64,000 nucleotides of DNA from Lingula anatina (Eukaryota; Animalia; Brachiopoda): positions 12,834,001 to 12,898,000 of the forward strand of contig CM120642.1 in assembly GCA_051362555.1 (NCBI GenBank), written 5' to 3'. A program made the translations under genes and the position numbers. Each line of letters starts with the position of its first letter. Position 1 is the first letter of the stretch. Below are positions 15,001 through 61,912 of the stretch, in pieces. The notes below the pieces were generated by a model. It did not search any database, was not told where the DNA came from, and worked only from the letters and a program-made list of their open reading frames with translations.

Positions 15001-18000
15001 TAAATCTAATATCATTTTTCATTTCTTTTTACAGGACAAAGAAGATGACGAGCGACCCCAACCTGACATGGACTTCACTCTTGGATCCAAGCTAAGGTTA
15101 GTAAATTTTATTTTTTTTGGGTGGTGGGATGGGTCAATTGAATAAATGTAATCTAGTTTTTCTTTTCTATTTACAGGACAAAGAAGATGACGAGCGACCC
15201 CACCTGGACATGGACTTCACTCTTGGATCCAAGCTAAGGTTAGTAAATTTTATATTTTGGGGTGGTGGGATGGGTAAATTGAATAAATCTAATCTTGTTT
15301 TTCATTTCTTTTTACAGGACAAAGAAGATGACGAGCGATCCCAGCCAGACATGGACTTCACTCTTGGATCCAAGCTAAGGTTAGTAAATTTTATTTTTTT
15401 GATGTGGTGGATTGGGTAAATTGAATAAATCTAATATCATTTTTCATTTCTTTTTACAGGACAAAGAAAATGACGAGCGACCCCAACCTGACATGGACTT
15501 CACTCTTGGATCCAAGCTAAGGTTAGTAAATTTTATTTTTTTGGGGGTGTTGGGATGGGTAAATGAATAAACCTAATCTCTTTTTTCATTTCTTTTTACA
15601 GGACAAAGAAGATGACGAACAGTCCAATCTGGACATGGACTTCACTCTTGGATCCAAGCTAAGGTTAGTAAATTTTATTTTTTGGGGGGTGTTGGGATGG
15701 GGAAATGAATAAACCTAATCTCTTTTTTCATTTCTTTTTACAGGACAAAGAAGATGACGAACGGTCCAATCTGGACATGGACTTCACTCTTGGATCCAAG
15801 CTAAGGTTAGTAAATTTTATTTTTTTGGGGTGGTGGGATGGGTAAATTGAATAAATCTAATATCATTTTTCATTTCTTTTTACAGGACAAAGAAGATGAC
15901 GAGCGACCCCACCCAGACATGGACTTCACTCTTGGATCCAAGCTTAGGTTAGTAAACTTTATCTTTTTGGTGTGGTGGGATGGGTAAATTGAATAAATCT
16001 AATATCATTTTTCATTTCTTTTTACAGGACAAAGAAGATGACGAGCGACCCCGCCTGGACATGGACTTCAGTCTTGGATCCAAGCTAAGCTTAGTAATTT
16101 TTATTTTTTGGGGTGGTTGGATGGGTAAATTGAAAAAATCTTACTTTGTTTTTCATTTCTTTTTACAGGACAAAGAAGATGACGAGCGACCCCACCCGGA
16201 CATGGACTTCACTCTTGGATCCAAGCTAAGGTTAGTAAATTTAATTTTTGGGGTGGTGGGATAGGTAAATTGAATAAATCTAATATTGTTTTTCATTTCT
16301 TTTTACAGGACAAAGAAGATGACGAGCGACCCCAACCGGACATGGACTTCACTCTTGGATCCAAGCTAAGGTTAGTAAATTTTATTTTTTTGGGGTGGTG
16401 GGATGGGTAAATTGAATAAATCTAATCTAGTTTTTCATTTTTATTTACAGGACAAAGAAGATGACGAACGGCCCAATCCGGACATGGACTTGACTCTTGG
16501 ATCCAAGATAAGGTTAGTAAATTTTATTTTTTTTGGGATGGTGGGATGGGTACTTTTAATAAATCTAATCTTGTTTTTCATTTCTATTTACAAGACAAAG
16601 AAGATGATGAGCCACCCCAACAGGACATTGACTTCACTCTTGGATTCAAGCTAAGGTTAGTAAATTTGATTTTTTTGGGGTGGTGGGATGGGTAAATTGA
16701 ATAAATCTAATCTTGTTTTTCATTTCTTTTTACAGGACAAAGAAGATGACGAGCGACCCCAACCAGACATGGACTTCACTCTTGGATCCAAGCTAAGGTT
16801 AGTAAATTTTATTTTTTGGGGGTGGTGGGATGGGTAAATTGAATAAATCTAATATCATTTTTCATTTCTTTTTACAGGACAAAGAAGATGACGAGCGACC
16901 CCAACCGGATATGGACTTCACTCTTGGATCCAAGCTAAGGTTAGTAAATTTTATTTTTTTGGGGTGGTGGGATGGGTAAATTGAATAAATCTAATATCAT
17001 TTTTCATTTCTTTTTACAGGACAAAGAAGATGACGAGCGACCCCAACCTGACATGGACTTCACTCTTGGATCCAAGCTAAGGTTAGTAAATTTTATTTTT
17101 TTGGGGTGGTGGGATGGGTAAATTGAATAAATCTAATATCATTTTTCATTTCTTTTTACAGGACAAAGAAGATGACGAGCGACCCCAACCTGACATGGAC
17201 TTCACTCTTGGATCCAAGCTAAGGTTAGTAAATTTTATTTTTTTTGGGTGGTGGGATGGGTCAATTGAATAAATCTAATCTAGTTTTTCTTTTCTATTTA
17301 CAGGACAAAGAAGATGACGAGCGACCCCACCTGGACATGGACTTCACTCTTGGATCCAAGCTAAGGTTAGTAAATTTTATATTTTGGGGTGGTGGGATGG
17401 GTAAATTGAATAAATCTAATCTTGTTTTTCATTTCTTTTTACAGGACAAAGAAGATGACGAGCGATCCCAGCCAGACATGGACTTCACTCTTGGATCCAA
17501 GCTAAGGTTAGTAAATTTTATTTTTTTGATGTGGTGGATTGGGTAAATTGAATAAATCTAATATCATTTTTCATTTCTTTTTACAGGACAAAGAAAATGA
17601 CGAGCGACCCCAACCTGACATGGACTTCACTCTTGGATCCAAGCTAAGGTTAGTAAATTTTATTTTTTTGGGGGTGTTGGGATGGGTAAATGAATAAACC
17701 TAATCTCTTTTTTCATTTCTTTTTACAGGACAAAGAAGATGACGAACAGTCCAATCTGGACATGGACTTCACTCTTGGATCCAAGCTAAGGTTAGTAAAT
17801 TTTATTTTTTGGGGGGTGTTGGGATGGGGAAATGAATAAACCTAATCTCTTTTTTCATTTCTTTTTACAGGACAAAGAAGATGACGAACGGTCCAATCTG
17901 GACATGGACTTCACTCTTGGATCCAAGCTAAGGTTAGTAAATTTTATTTTTTTGGGGTGGTGGGATGGGTAAATTGAATAAATCTAATATCATTTTTCAT

Positions 18001-21000
18001 TTCTTTTTACAGGACAAAGAAGATGACGAGCGACCCCACCCAGACATGGACTTCACTCTTGGATCCAAGCTTAGGTTAGTAAACTTTATCTTTTTGGTGT
18101 GGTGGGATGGGTAAATTGAATAAATCTAATATCATTTTTCATTTCTTTTTACAGGACACAGAAGATGACGAGCGACCCCAACCTGACATGGACTTCAATC
18201 TTGGATCCAAGCTAAGGTTAGTAAATTTTATTTTTTGGGGGTGGTGGGATGGGTAAATTGAATAAATCTAATATCATTTTTCATTTCTTTTTACAGGACA
18301 AAGAAAATGACGAGCGACCCCAACTTGACAGGGACTTCACTCTTGGATCCAAGCTAAGGTTAGTAAATTTTATTTTTTTGGGGTGGTGGGATGGGTAAAT
18401 TGAATAAATCTAATCTAGTTTTTCTTTTCTATTTACAGGACAAAGAAGATGATGAGCGACCCCACCTGGACATGGACTTCACTCTTGGATCCAAGCTAAG
18501 GTTAGTAAATTTTATATTTTGGGGTGGTGGGATGGGTAAATTGAATAAATCTAATCTTGTTTTTCATTTCTTTTTACAGGACAAAGAAGATGACGAGCGA
18601 CCCCAGCCAGACATGGACTTCACTCTTGGATCCAAGCTAAGGTTAGTAAATTTTATTTTTTTGGGGTGGTGGGATGGGTAAATTGAATAAATCTAATATC
18701 ATTTTTCATTTCTTTTTACAGGACAAAGAAGATGACGAGCGACCCCACCCAGACATGGACTTCACTCTTGGATCCAAGCTAAGGTTAGTAAATTTTATTT
18801 TTTTGGGGTGGTGGGATGGGTAAATTGAATAAATCTAATATCATTTTTCATTTCTTTTTACAGGACAAAGAAAATGACGAGCGACCCCAACCTGACATGG
18901 ACTTCACTCTTGGATCCAAGCTAAGGTTAGTAAATTTTATTTTTTTGGGGTGGTGGGATGGGTAAATTGAATAAATCTAATCTAGTTTTTCTTTTCTATT
19001 TACAGGACAAAGAAGATGACGAGCGACCCCACCTGGACATAGACTTCACTCTTGGATCCAAGCTAAGGTTAGTAAATTTTATATTTTGGGGTGGTGGGAT
19101 GGGTAAATTGAATAAATCTAATCTTGTTTTTCATTTCTTTTTACAGGACAAAGAAGATGACGAGCGACCCCAGCCAGACATGGACTTCACTCTTGGATCC
19201 AAGCTAAGGTTAGTAAATTTTATTTTTTTGATGTGGTGGATTGGGTAAATTGAATAAATCTAATCTTGTTTTTCATTTATTTTTTACAGGACAAAAAAGA
19301 TGACGAGCGACCCCAACCGGACATGGACTTCACTCTTGGATCTAAACTAAGGTTAGTAAATTTTATTTTTTGGGGTGGTGGGATGGGTAAATTGAATAAA
19401 TCTAATCTTGTTTTTCATTTCTTTTTACAGGACAAAGAAGATGACGAGCGACCCCACCCGGACATGGACTTCACTCTTGGATCCAAGCTAAGGTTAGTAA
19501 ATTTTATTTTTTTGGGGTGGTGGGATGGGTAAATTGAATAAATCTAATATCATTTTTCATTTCTTTTTACAGGACAAAGAAGATGACGAGCGACCCCACC
19601 CAGACATGGACTTCACTCTTGGATCCAAGCTAAGGTTAGTAAACTTTATCTTTTTGGTGTGGTGGGATGGGTAAATTGAATAAATCTAATATCATTTTTC
19701 ATTTCTTTTTACAGGACACAGAAGATGACGAGCGACCCCAACCTGACATGGACTTCACTCTTGGATCCAAGCTAAGGTTAGTAAATTTTATTTTTTTGGG
19801 GTGGTGGGATGGGTAAATTGAATAAATCTAATATCATTTTTCATTTCTTTTTACAGGACAAAGAAAATGACGAGCGACCCCAACCTGACATGGACTTCAC
19901 TCTTGGATCCAAGCTAAGGTTAGTAAATTTTATTTTTTTGGGGTGGTGGGATGGGTAAATTGAATAAATCTAATCTAATTTTTCTTTTCTATTTACAGGA
20001 CAAAGAAGATGACGAGCGACCCCACCTGGACATGGACTTCACTCTTGCATCCAAGCTAAGGTTGGTAAATTTTATTTTTTTGGTGTGGTGGGATGGGTAA
20101 ATTGAATAAATCTAATCTTGCTTTTCATTTCTTTTTACAGGACAAAGAAGATGACGAGCGACCCCAACCAGACATGGACTTCACTCTTGGATCCAAGCTA
20201 AGGTAAGTAAATTTTATTTTTTTGGGGTGGTGGGATGGGTAAATTGAAGAAATCTAATATCATTTTTCATTTCTTTTTACAGGACAAAGAAGATGACGAG
20301 CGACCCCAACCTGACATGGACTTCACTCTTGGATCCAAGCTAAGGTTAGTAAATTTTATTTTTTTGGGGTGGTTGGATGGGTAAATTGAAAAAATCTTAC
20401 TTTGTTTTTCATTTCTTTTTACAGGACAAAGAAGATGACGAGCCACCCCAGCCAGACATGGACTTCACTCTTGGATCCAAGCTAAGGTTAGTAAATTTTA
20501 TTTTTTTGATGTGGTGGATTGGGTAAATTGAATAAATCTAATCTTGTTTTTCATTTATTTTTACAGGACAAAGAAGATGACGAGCGACCCCAACCGGACA
20601 TGGACTTCACTCTTGGATCTAAACTAAGGTTAGTAAATTTTATTTTTTGGGGTGGTGGGATGGGTAAATTGAATAAATCTAATCTTGTTTTTCATTTCTT
20701 TTTACAGGACAAAGAAGATGAAGAGGGACCCCACCCGGACATGGACTTCATTCTTGCATCCAAGCTAAGGTTGGTAAATTTTATTTTTTTTGGTGTGGTG
20801 GGATGGGTAAATTGAATAAATCTAATCTTGCTTTTCATTTCTTTTTACAGGACAAAGAAGATGACGAGCGACCCCAACCAGACATGGACTTCACTCTTGG
20901 ATCGAAGCTAAGGTTAGTAAATTTTATTTTTTGGGGGTGGTGGGATGGGTAAATTGAATAAATCTAATCTTGTTTTTCATTTCTTTTTACAGGACAAAGA

Positions 21001-21612
21001 AGATGAAGAACGACCCCAACCGGACATGGATTCACTCTTGGATCGAAGCTAAGGTTAGTAAATTTTATTTTTTTGGGGTGGTTGGATGGGTAATTTAAAA
21101 AATCTAATCTTGTTTTTCATTTTTTTTTTAACGGGACAAAGAAGATGACGAGCGACCCCACCTGTACATGGACTTCACTCTTGGATCCAAGCTAAGGTTA
21201 GTAAATTTTATTTTTTGGGGTGGTGGGATGGGTAAATTGAAAAAATGTAATCTTGTTTTTCATTTCTTTTTACAGGACAAAGAAGATGACGAGCGACCCC
21301 GCCTGGACATGGACTTCAGTCTTGGATCCAAGCTAAGCTTAGTAATTTTTATTTTTTGGGGTGGTTGGATGGGTAAATTGAAAAAATCTTACTTTGTTTT
21401 TCATTTCTTTTTACAGGACAAAGAAGATGACGAGCGACCCCACCCGGACATGGACTTCACTCTTGGATCCAAGCTAAGGTTAGTAAATTTAATTTTTGGG
21501 GTGGTGGGATAGGTAAATTGAATAAATCTAATATTGTTTTTCATTTCTTTTTACAGGACAAAGAAGATGATGTGCGACTCCACCGGACATGGACTTCACT
21601 CTTAGATCCAAG
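1..21612 (+). repeat. ~142-bp tandem repeat array (~140 units, truncated by left window edge); each unit looks like an exon plus intron
   Basis: Unit tctaat..ttttcatttctttttacag|GACAAAGAAGATGACGAGCGACCCCAACCTGACATGGACTTCACTCTTGGATCCAAGCTAAG|gttagtaaattttatttttttggggtggtgggatgggtaaattgaataaa recurs every 141-143 bp with a BamHI site in most units; the array ends mid-unit at ~21612. Confidence 0.99.
865..2345. mobile_element. Non-autonomous Tc1/mariner-pogo-type DNA transposon (1481 bp) inserted in the array
   Basis: Perfect 26-bp TIRs cggtaattctccaatctatacgaacg (865-890) and cgttcgtatagattggagaattaccg (2320-2345); TA duplication at 863-864 and 2346-2347; subterminal cgttcgta motifs at 967, 2252 and 2302; no transposase ORF. 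Confidence 0.93.
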
Positions 21613-21984
21613 TAGTAACATGTATTAACATGATATGAATAACCCCACTAAGTTTGAGAAAAATAAGGCACTGTTATTCATCTATAGTGTTAAAGTTGGC
21701 GTAACACAAATTTTTTTCTGTTGTAAATTTATTTGCAACATTAAACAACATTTAACTGCATAATTATCATCAAATCCTAATTATGTGACACAGTTAAGAA
21801 AGCTGAACCTATGGGACTTTAAAGGGAAATCTCATTGAGTGTTATATGTAATCTCATTTAATGGCCAATTGAAAATTAATTACTAGGCAGGTGACTTTAT
21901 AGACCTTAATTTAATTACGTAGTGATCTCCCAAAGGACATCCTGACTGCCAGCCATACATTACCATCATATAGTACTCTGTAGA

Positions 21985-23083
21985 ACTGCATTGCTTACAA
22001 TACAGAAAACAATCACACTGATTTTCCAACACAAGCTTGACTTTTCAGTAAGTATCCATAAGTAACATGGTTTTCCTTGATGGTCATCAGTGTCCAAATT
22101 AGGTTTTTTTTTTCCATTTTGATGCAATATTACATAATGCTTAACAGTATAATGACCATCAATTTTTAAGAATAAAATAAAAGTGCCATGGATATTCAGA
22201 AAATGTGACATGGAAAGGTCTTCAAGGCCATGGAAGTTTAGAGTTACACCTCCAATTTGCTCCATTCTGAGATTCTGAACATAGTGAATGATTGAATCTG
22301 ACAAACTGTAAAGATAGGAGTTTTTTCCCATTTTTGACACTTTATTACACAATAACAGGTTTACCATCATTTTTATATAATCAACTAACAACGTTGTTAA
22401 GATGCAGAAAATGTCAAAAGAACAACTTAACATATCTAATTAGTTAAAAAATGACTGTTAACATGCCTGAGAATTAGATTTGAGGAAATAACACTTATAT
22501 ACAAAAAAAAAGGCATAACTTCACCAAACTTTAACTGATCAAGCTTATTTTCAAAAGTTAATCTGTATTTCAGTAACATTGATTACTCCTGTGAATTTCA
22601 AGACAATTGGCTAATCGATTTTCCTTAAAATGTGTCAAATGGGTTGCATATATGCTGAAAAAAGTGAAAAACAGCATAACTTTTATAAAAAAAAAAGGCC
22701 CTGATCACGCCACTTTTCGAACTTGACCTGCGTATTATAAATATTTATCAGGTCTGTAAGTTTCAAGCCAAAAGGGAAATGGTTTTTCACTTATCGTGTT
22801 ATCGGTGTTGCATAAAATCAGGTCTGTAAGTTTCAAGCCAAAAGGGAAATGGTTTTTCACTTATCGTGTTATCAGTGTTAAATGCTAAAAGTGAAAAAAA
22901 AAAACAGCATAAGTTCCACATATATGGCCCGATCATGTCTTGCGTATTATGAATATTCATCAGTTCTGTAAGTTTCAAGCCAAAAGGTAAAACGGTTTTT
23001 CACTTATTGTGTTATTGGTAAAAGTGCACGCCGACAGACGCAGGTGATGGCTATATGTGCAGACACGTGTCTGTACATAAAAA
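21985..23083 (-). mobile_element. Partial copy of the HINE (Helentron-associated) element family
   Basis: Shares blocks with 26337-29513 and 50886-52392 and ends in the same gtctgtacataaaaa terminus; internal 70-bp tandem duplication at 22747/22817; left boundary approximate. Confidence 0.75.
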
Positions 23084-23274
23084 GTTCTCCAGTAGTAAAA
23101 CGTCGTGTCTGGGTTTAATATTCTCAAGTTGTGTTATCTCAAAAAAGTAGTACTGAATATTGATCAATTTATTGGTCAGGAATTATGGGTGATTATGTAT
23201 AGCAAAATGGCATTTGCTATTTTGAAAGCTTATTCGAATGTTAGAAAATAAGGTGAGACTGGTTGATTTATACA

Positions 23275-23280
23275 TTTATT
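23275..23280 (-). promoter_or_regulatory. Candidate polyadenylation signal for CYFIP (3' UTR about 1.9 kb)
   Basis: AATAAA on - about 1.87 kb past the stop codon, just before repeat-derived DNA; not confirmable from sequence alone. Confidence 0.3.
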
Positions 23281-25141
23281 TATTTCATTGTTATTTCCAC
23301 TTTAAAACTATGTAGCTAGAATAATTTACAATTTAATAATTAATGTGATACTAGTATACTAGTTGTATAAAAATGTATAAACTATGTCAACTAATTGCAA
23401 AGCATTTTCTTTACTGTCAAATGTCTCTACCACATAACTCACAGTAATTCTAGACTTGGATACCCATGAACACAAAATAGACCCCCCTCCCTAAATCAAA
23501 ATAGAAAAAGCAGGTGTCAATAAGTTAAGGTGGTAATGGGTTTCTCTTCTTAACCTTATCATACACTCAGATGGTTTAAGACAAAACCATAGAATTTCCA
23601 TTTATGCAAATGGGAAAGAGAAAAGGTTCTTCCAATTCGCACCCTCAACAGGTCCAACTCTCGTCATCCCACAGCTATCCTGATAAATATGTTAATTTTA
23701 TGTCTACACCCTTTATCAACTATCAAGGTACAGATAATTTCAGAAACCCCTGTGAATGTCTTACAACAAGAACATGCCTTTTACACTTTTACATCTATCA
23801 CTTTTCTAAGTACTAATTTTTTGCAACTCTTATAAATAAATGTGCCACGTTCAAAACACTTCTGGACAACCTCTACCACAAAGTACCCAAAGAGATAAGG
23901 GGTTATTTACAGCAGACCTCCACACATTGAAAACATTGCATTCCTCAGTAAAATGTATCAAATGACAATATGTCAGCAGAAAAGCATTAACCTTAAAGAC
24001 ATCATGGACACTACGACACGAAATGCTTCCCACAAATTAAATACAACTACTTGCAGCTATTTGAAGTATAAGTCCATCTTAAATTCAGACCAGCAAAGCT
24101 TGTTACTGTGAACTCAGAGAGTCAAAACACAAACATGATGCATAACACTTTCAAGTCAGAAGGCCTGGATTCACTTCATCATTCTCTTTGCCAAAAAGCA
24201 TATGTAATTCAAAAGAAAAAAATCAGAAAACTGCACTTTTTCTGACTAAATCTTCGCGGTTGTACTATCCACTGCACTCTATCACAAAAAGCAATATTCT
24301 GAGTTCAGTTTTGTGAGTGCCCTACAATATACAAATTTTACCAGAAGAGCCCAAGAATATTGTCAACCAGTTTAAGTAATACTGTAAATGAGACGGCTAC
24401 CCTCTCAGAGGTCTGATATAAAAATCTTTGCAACTACATTTCCTTCGTCTCAAATACACAACATATCAGCAAAACATTACCTGGTTTCCACACACCAATA
24501 CATGTTAAACATTTCTGTGAAACCTATTACAATACGAAACAACCACAGGCTGTCTTGTAATATTTAATCTCAGCAAAATAGTTACATGGTAGCTATTATG
24601 CTGTTCATATTATTTTGATATATTTTGCAGCTGCAATAAAAACAAGTCCAGATGGTGGACAGCAGGTTTCTTACTTGGCATCTAACAGGATTATCTTGTG
24701 GCCTAACAGCAGAACAAAACCAAAACATAGATGAAGCAGAATCTGGTGTTTGTGGTCTGTGGAGTGCTATGGCTTCATCACACTTTGAAGAGTGTCTGAG
24801 AACATGTGGAACAGTCCTGGTTCAATGCCTCCACTTACTCAGGACATGGCATAATTTAGTGCAAAGACCTCCCCATTGAAAACATTGATGACCTGGATAG
24901 GTTCCTTAGAGGGGTCTTTTATGTATGTTAGTCTAATTATACAAACACTTGAAAAGTTCAGTTAGCCATGCAATTGCCTTCCATCCAAGATGACACTCTT
25001 TAATGCAAACTCACAATTTAAATAATATACAATAGTGCCTTTCAAAACTGCCTTTCAATGATTATTCTGACCAATGTAAGAACTACCCAGAAGCCTATGT
25101 TATTAACCTAAACCTCAGCACAGTGTACATGTGAATGCCTA

Positions 25142-58606
<33,465 letters not shown>

Positions 58607-58876
58607 TTATAGTTTACTGGGTAAATGCAACATAACTATGACATGATTGCAATATTTCTTGAGTCTGTTTGATTATTAGGAAAATTTCGCACTGCTATTC
58701 TCCAGTAATACTGAAAAAAAAGTCATCAAAATGAAGTACCATGCAGATTGTATTTCAACGGGAAAATCACTGAATTGATCCAGCAAAAACATTCCTATTT
58801 TTATTATGACATTTACTTGTGTAGGTAACTATATAAACTTTCCTATGAAGTCAATGTTATAACCACTAAAAATAGT

Positions 58877-59030
<154 letters not shown>

Positions 59031-59176
59031 TGAACGTATTTATAAATCAAAACAATCTATAATATATATATTATCCAACTATCGCGTCACATATAACTGT
59101 AATAAATTGGAAGATAACCGCTTATCAATAACTACGCTGTGTATGCGAGAGAATTATTGAAATGCAGTGTCCTCAC

Positions 59177-59215
59177 CCGTCAACATGGCGGCTATCGTAT
59201 ACTTCCGGTTATTGG
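59177..59215 (-). promoter_or_regulatory. Likely CYFIP core promoter and short 5' exon
   Basis: On -: CCAAT (59211-59215), ETS CCGGAAGT (59201-59208), YY1-type GCCGCCATGTT (59182-59192), donor G|gtgagg at 59177/59176; strong acceptor tttttttttcag at 58711. Confidence 0.7.
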
Positions 59216-60398
59216 CGCAATGAAGGATGCGCTACAGGCACATCTATCGCAATAGCCTACACTGCAGCATATCTTAACAATGCCACTGGAGAAATGCATA
59301 ATCATTTAAATTTTAATTGTAAGTAAACCAAATACAAACCAAAAACAATTCTCTTAGTCTAAATACATTTGCAATATTTATTGTTTTTTATTCTAGATCA
59401 AAACAAAAATCGAATGACCTGAGCAAACAAGGCAAAGCAAACATGCATGCAAACTCATGATTTGCTGTCCACAGGCATCGTTCGAAACGGATATCTGTAA
59501 CGATGTTCTTCTTTCATATGATATTGATGAAATTAATGTTTGAAAAGTAAAAGTCTGGCATGGTAGCAAAATCGCCCAAGCACGTTCGCGTTGGGTCTAA
59601 TTATCAATCTGAAATTTAAACAGCTACAATTAATGTAGGCATTGTTGGGTCTTACTGTTCAAAGTATAAACCTTTTATTTAAAAGGATATTTTTTCCGCC
59701 TGCAAAGAGTTTCGATTCATCTAAAATGATCACTGAAGTCTTATGTCCATGCAATCTCATTTCTTACCCGTGTTCAATTCTAATATCTCTTCTTACATAA
59801 CTGTCAGCGAGTTTACTGATTAGACCTACGCCGTTATTAAAAGGGGTATCATTTAAGTAACGTACATTGTTAGTCTAAAATTGACTTGAGATTTGATAAA
59901 TTACGCACCAATATTTGACGCCACAGAGTGTCTTGACCACTGCACTTCCATGTCAACATTTCTCTTAATCTAGTCTCTTTTAAATAAACGGAGATTTTGA
60001 ATAACTTCCAACTGACGGACCCATAGCCATTTATTAATGGAAGGCTTAATGACAAGAGGGATAGGGGCCCTACATCTTAAATATTAAAATCCTACAGCGT
60101 GCCTTTTTGTTAAATTAGATTTTCATTCATTAGTAGCAGGGATTGGGAGCAGCTATTGTAATAAATGTAACCACTGATAAAGATGCAATTGCAAAGACAA
60201 GCCGAGAACGGCACAACAGAAAATTTGTTTTTTTTCCCCAATACTTTTTTATTCTTGCCCCCCCCCCAACTGCTCCCTCCATTCCATCCCCACCGTCCCC
60301 ACCCCTTTAAACAAAACTTTGATCCGTTAGTTTAAAGTACTGATAGATAAACTTGATAACCATTGCAAGGCACGAGAGATAGACGGATGGAATATATC

Positions 60399-60500
60399 TA
60401 CCCTCTACCAGGGCCGCAGTTATTATTATGTAGACATTTTCACTGAGGCAGTACAGAGAAAATCTAGTGAAAAATCAATCTGTGGCCCTGGTAGAAGGTA
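60399..60500. mobile_element. 102-bp MITE, same family as 56843-56976, opposite orientation
   Basis: TIRs taccctctaccagggcc / ggccctggtagaaggta; 9-bp TSD gaatatatc / gaatatgtc. Confidence 0.85.
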
Positions 60501-61399
60501 GAATATGTCCTCCTATTCATATTCTGACGCACCCCGGTATTAACGTACGTGGGAGTTAAAGGCCTAGGCTGACACAGTGTTCTATATATAACTGCTGCGG
60601 TCGCCTGCGGGTTTGATAGCATAGCCTCTATGATGCTCGTGACATTGATATTGCAGTTATGGTTACGAAAAAGAAGGACAGCTATTTACCCAGTTTCAAG
60701 CTTCTTATACAAAATGTCGATCATACTTACACAAAATTATGTGTTTTACATAAAATATGCCCAGCATGCCTTGAAACTTTTCCATATCATTTGCAATTTT
60801 TTTATATATTTTCACAAAGAAAACCTAATTATCTGGGTAAAATAATCATCTTCGGTTCGGAGAAGGCACGTTTTTTTCGTTAGTTAATAGAACAAAGATT
60901 CAAAGTGCCAAAAATACAATGAACGACATACTGCCAGCCTCAACAGTTTTCTAGCACTTACTTACCTTAATTCTTTCGAATCCTTAATTCAAAGATTACA
61001 AATGTTATAATATAAGTTTCCAAGAGCACCTATCTGGAATGGCTTAAGCCTACTGAACGACTGCAAACATTCTTCATTTACTTTGCTTTTCTGTTGCGGA
61101 GTTCCCAATTTCGACGGCTGATTTACACAGCGTTAGCACATCTAAGATTCTTGATGTAATATGCGTTTGAAATTTAAGTGCCTTTTATAAAGAATATCTG
61201 AAGGTTGAACACCCCCCCCCCTTGGCCTTTAATTTCTTTCTTTCCTTCTTTCTCTTCTAATTTTGTTTATTTTATTTTATTCTATCTATTCATTTATTCA
61301 TTTATTTATTTATTTATTTATTTATTTTGCGTAATTAATACGAGTCCTTTCTGTTGGTTTAAGAAGGGAATGGGGGTAAAAAGGGACTCTGTTTATATT

Positions 61400-61912
61400 A
61401 CCCCATTCCCGTAGAGACCATTCCCAGACCCAATCGTACTAATATGGATTGAACTATCTCCGAGAGGATTCTCGCTTAATTGCTATTAACTTGAGCGGCT
61501 AGATGTATGTCATGCCTGCTGAGGCTGATAAGGGGGTAAATAACTATCGTTTAGCAGCTTTAGTGGACGTACCAGACGCCTAAGCCGCTTGGGCTGAAAG
61601 CAATTTAGCGAGGGACCCCGTGGAGATAGACCGATCCTGTTAGATCGATCTAGGGATGGGAACCCAGTCTTAGACACAATCGGTCAAAGCGGATCGACCC
61701 AACCCTGCGGGAACTCTCGCTAAGTGCAATCAGCTTCAATGAATGACACGCCTCTTCTTGTTTTCAACGAACTGACATAATAACCGACTTTTCTGTATTC
61801 TTCTTCACGCCAGGAGGAGGCGTGTTTTTCAGTGAAACTGATTGCAGCCAGCGAGAGTCCACCCAGGGTTGAGTCGATCCACGTAGACTGATGGTGTCTG
61901 TGGGAATGGGGT
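61400..61912. mobile_element. Two adjacent related ~250-bp foldback MITEs
   Basis: Arms ctatctcc..ctcgcttaattgct..agcggct / agccgct..agcaatttagcgag..ggagatag (61418-61662) and ggatcgacccaaccctg..ctctcgct..tgcaatcag / ctgattgca..agcgagag..cagggttgagtcgatcc (61663-61912). Confidence 0.75.

Noticed and set aside
2373-21512. Dozens of 60-114 aa ORFs (MGKLNKSNLVF...) in the array
   Set aside because: They read through intron-like T-rich parts and open or close according to T-run length (141 vs 142 bp units); artefacts of the repeat
1-21612. CRISPR array
   Set aside because: No unique spacers, the whole monomer is repeated, no cas genes, eukaryotic context
1-21612. Giant repetitive protein from consecutive splicing of all units
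   Set aside because: A 62-nt exon shifts frame and hits TAA in the second unit; the alternative GT 4 nt downstream (66 nt, donor TTA|GTAAAT) would keep frame but is a much weaker donor, so it is disfavoured though not excluded without RNA data
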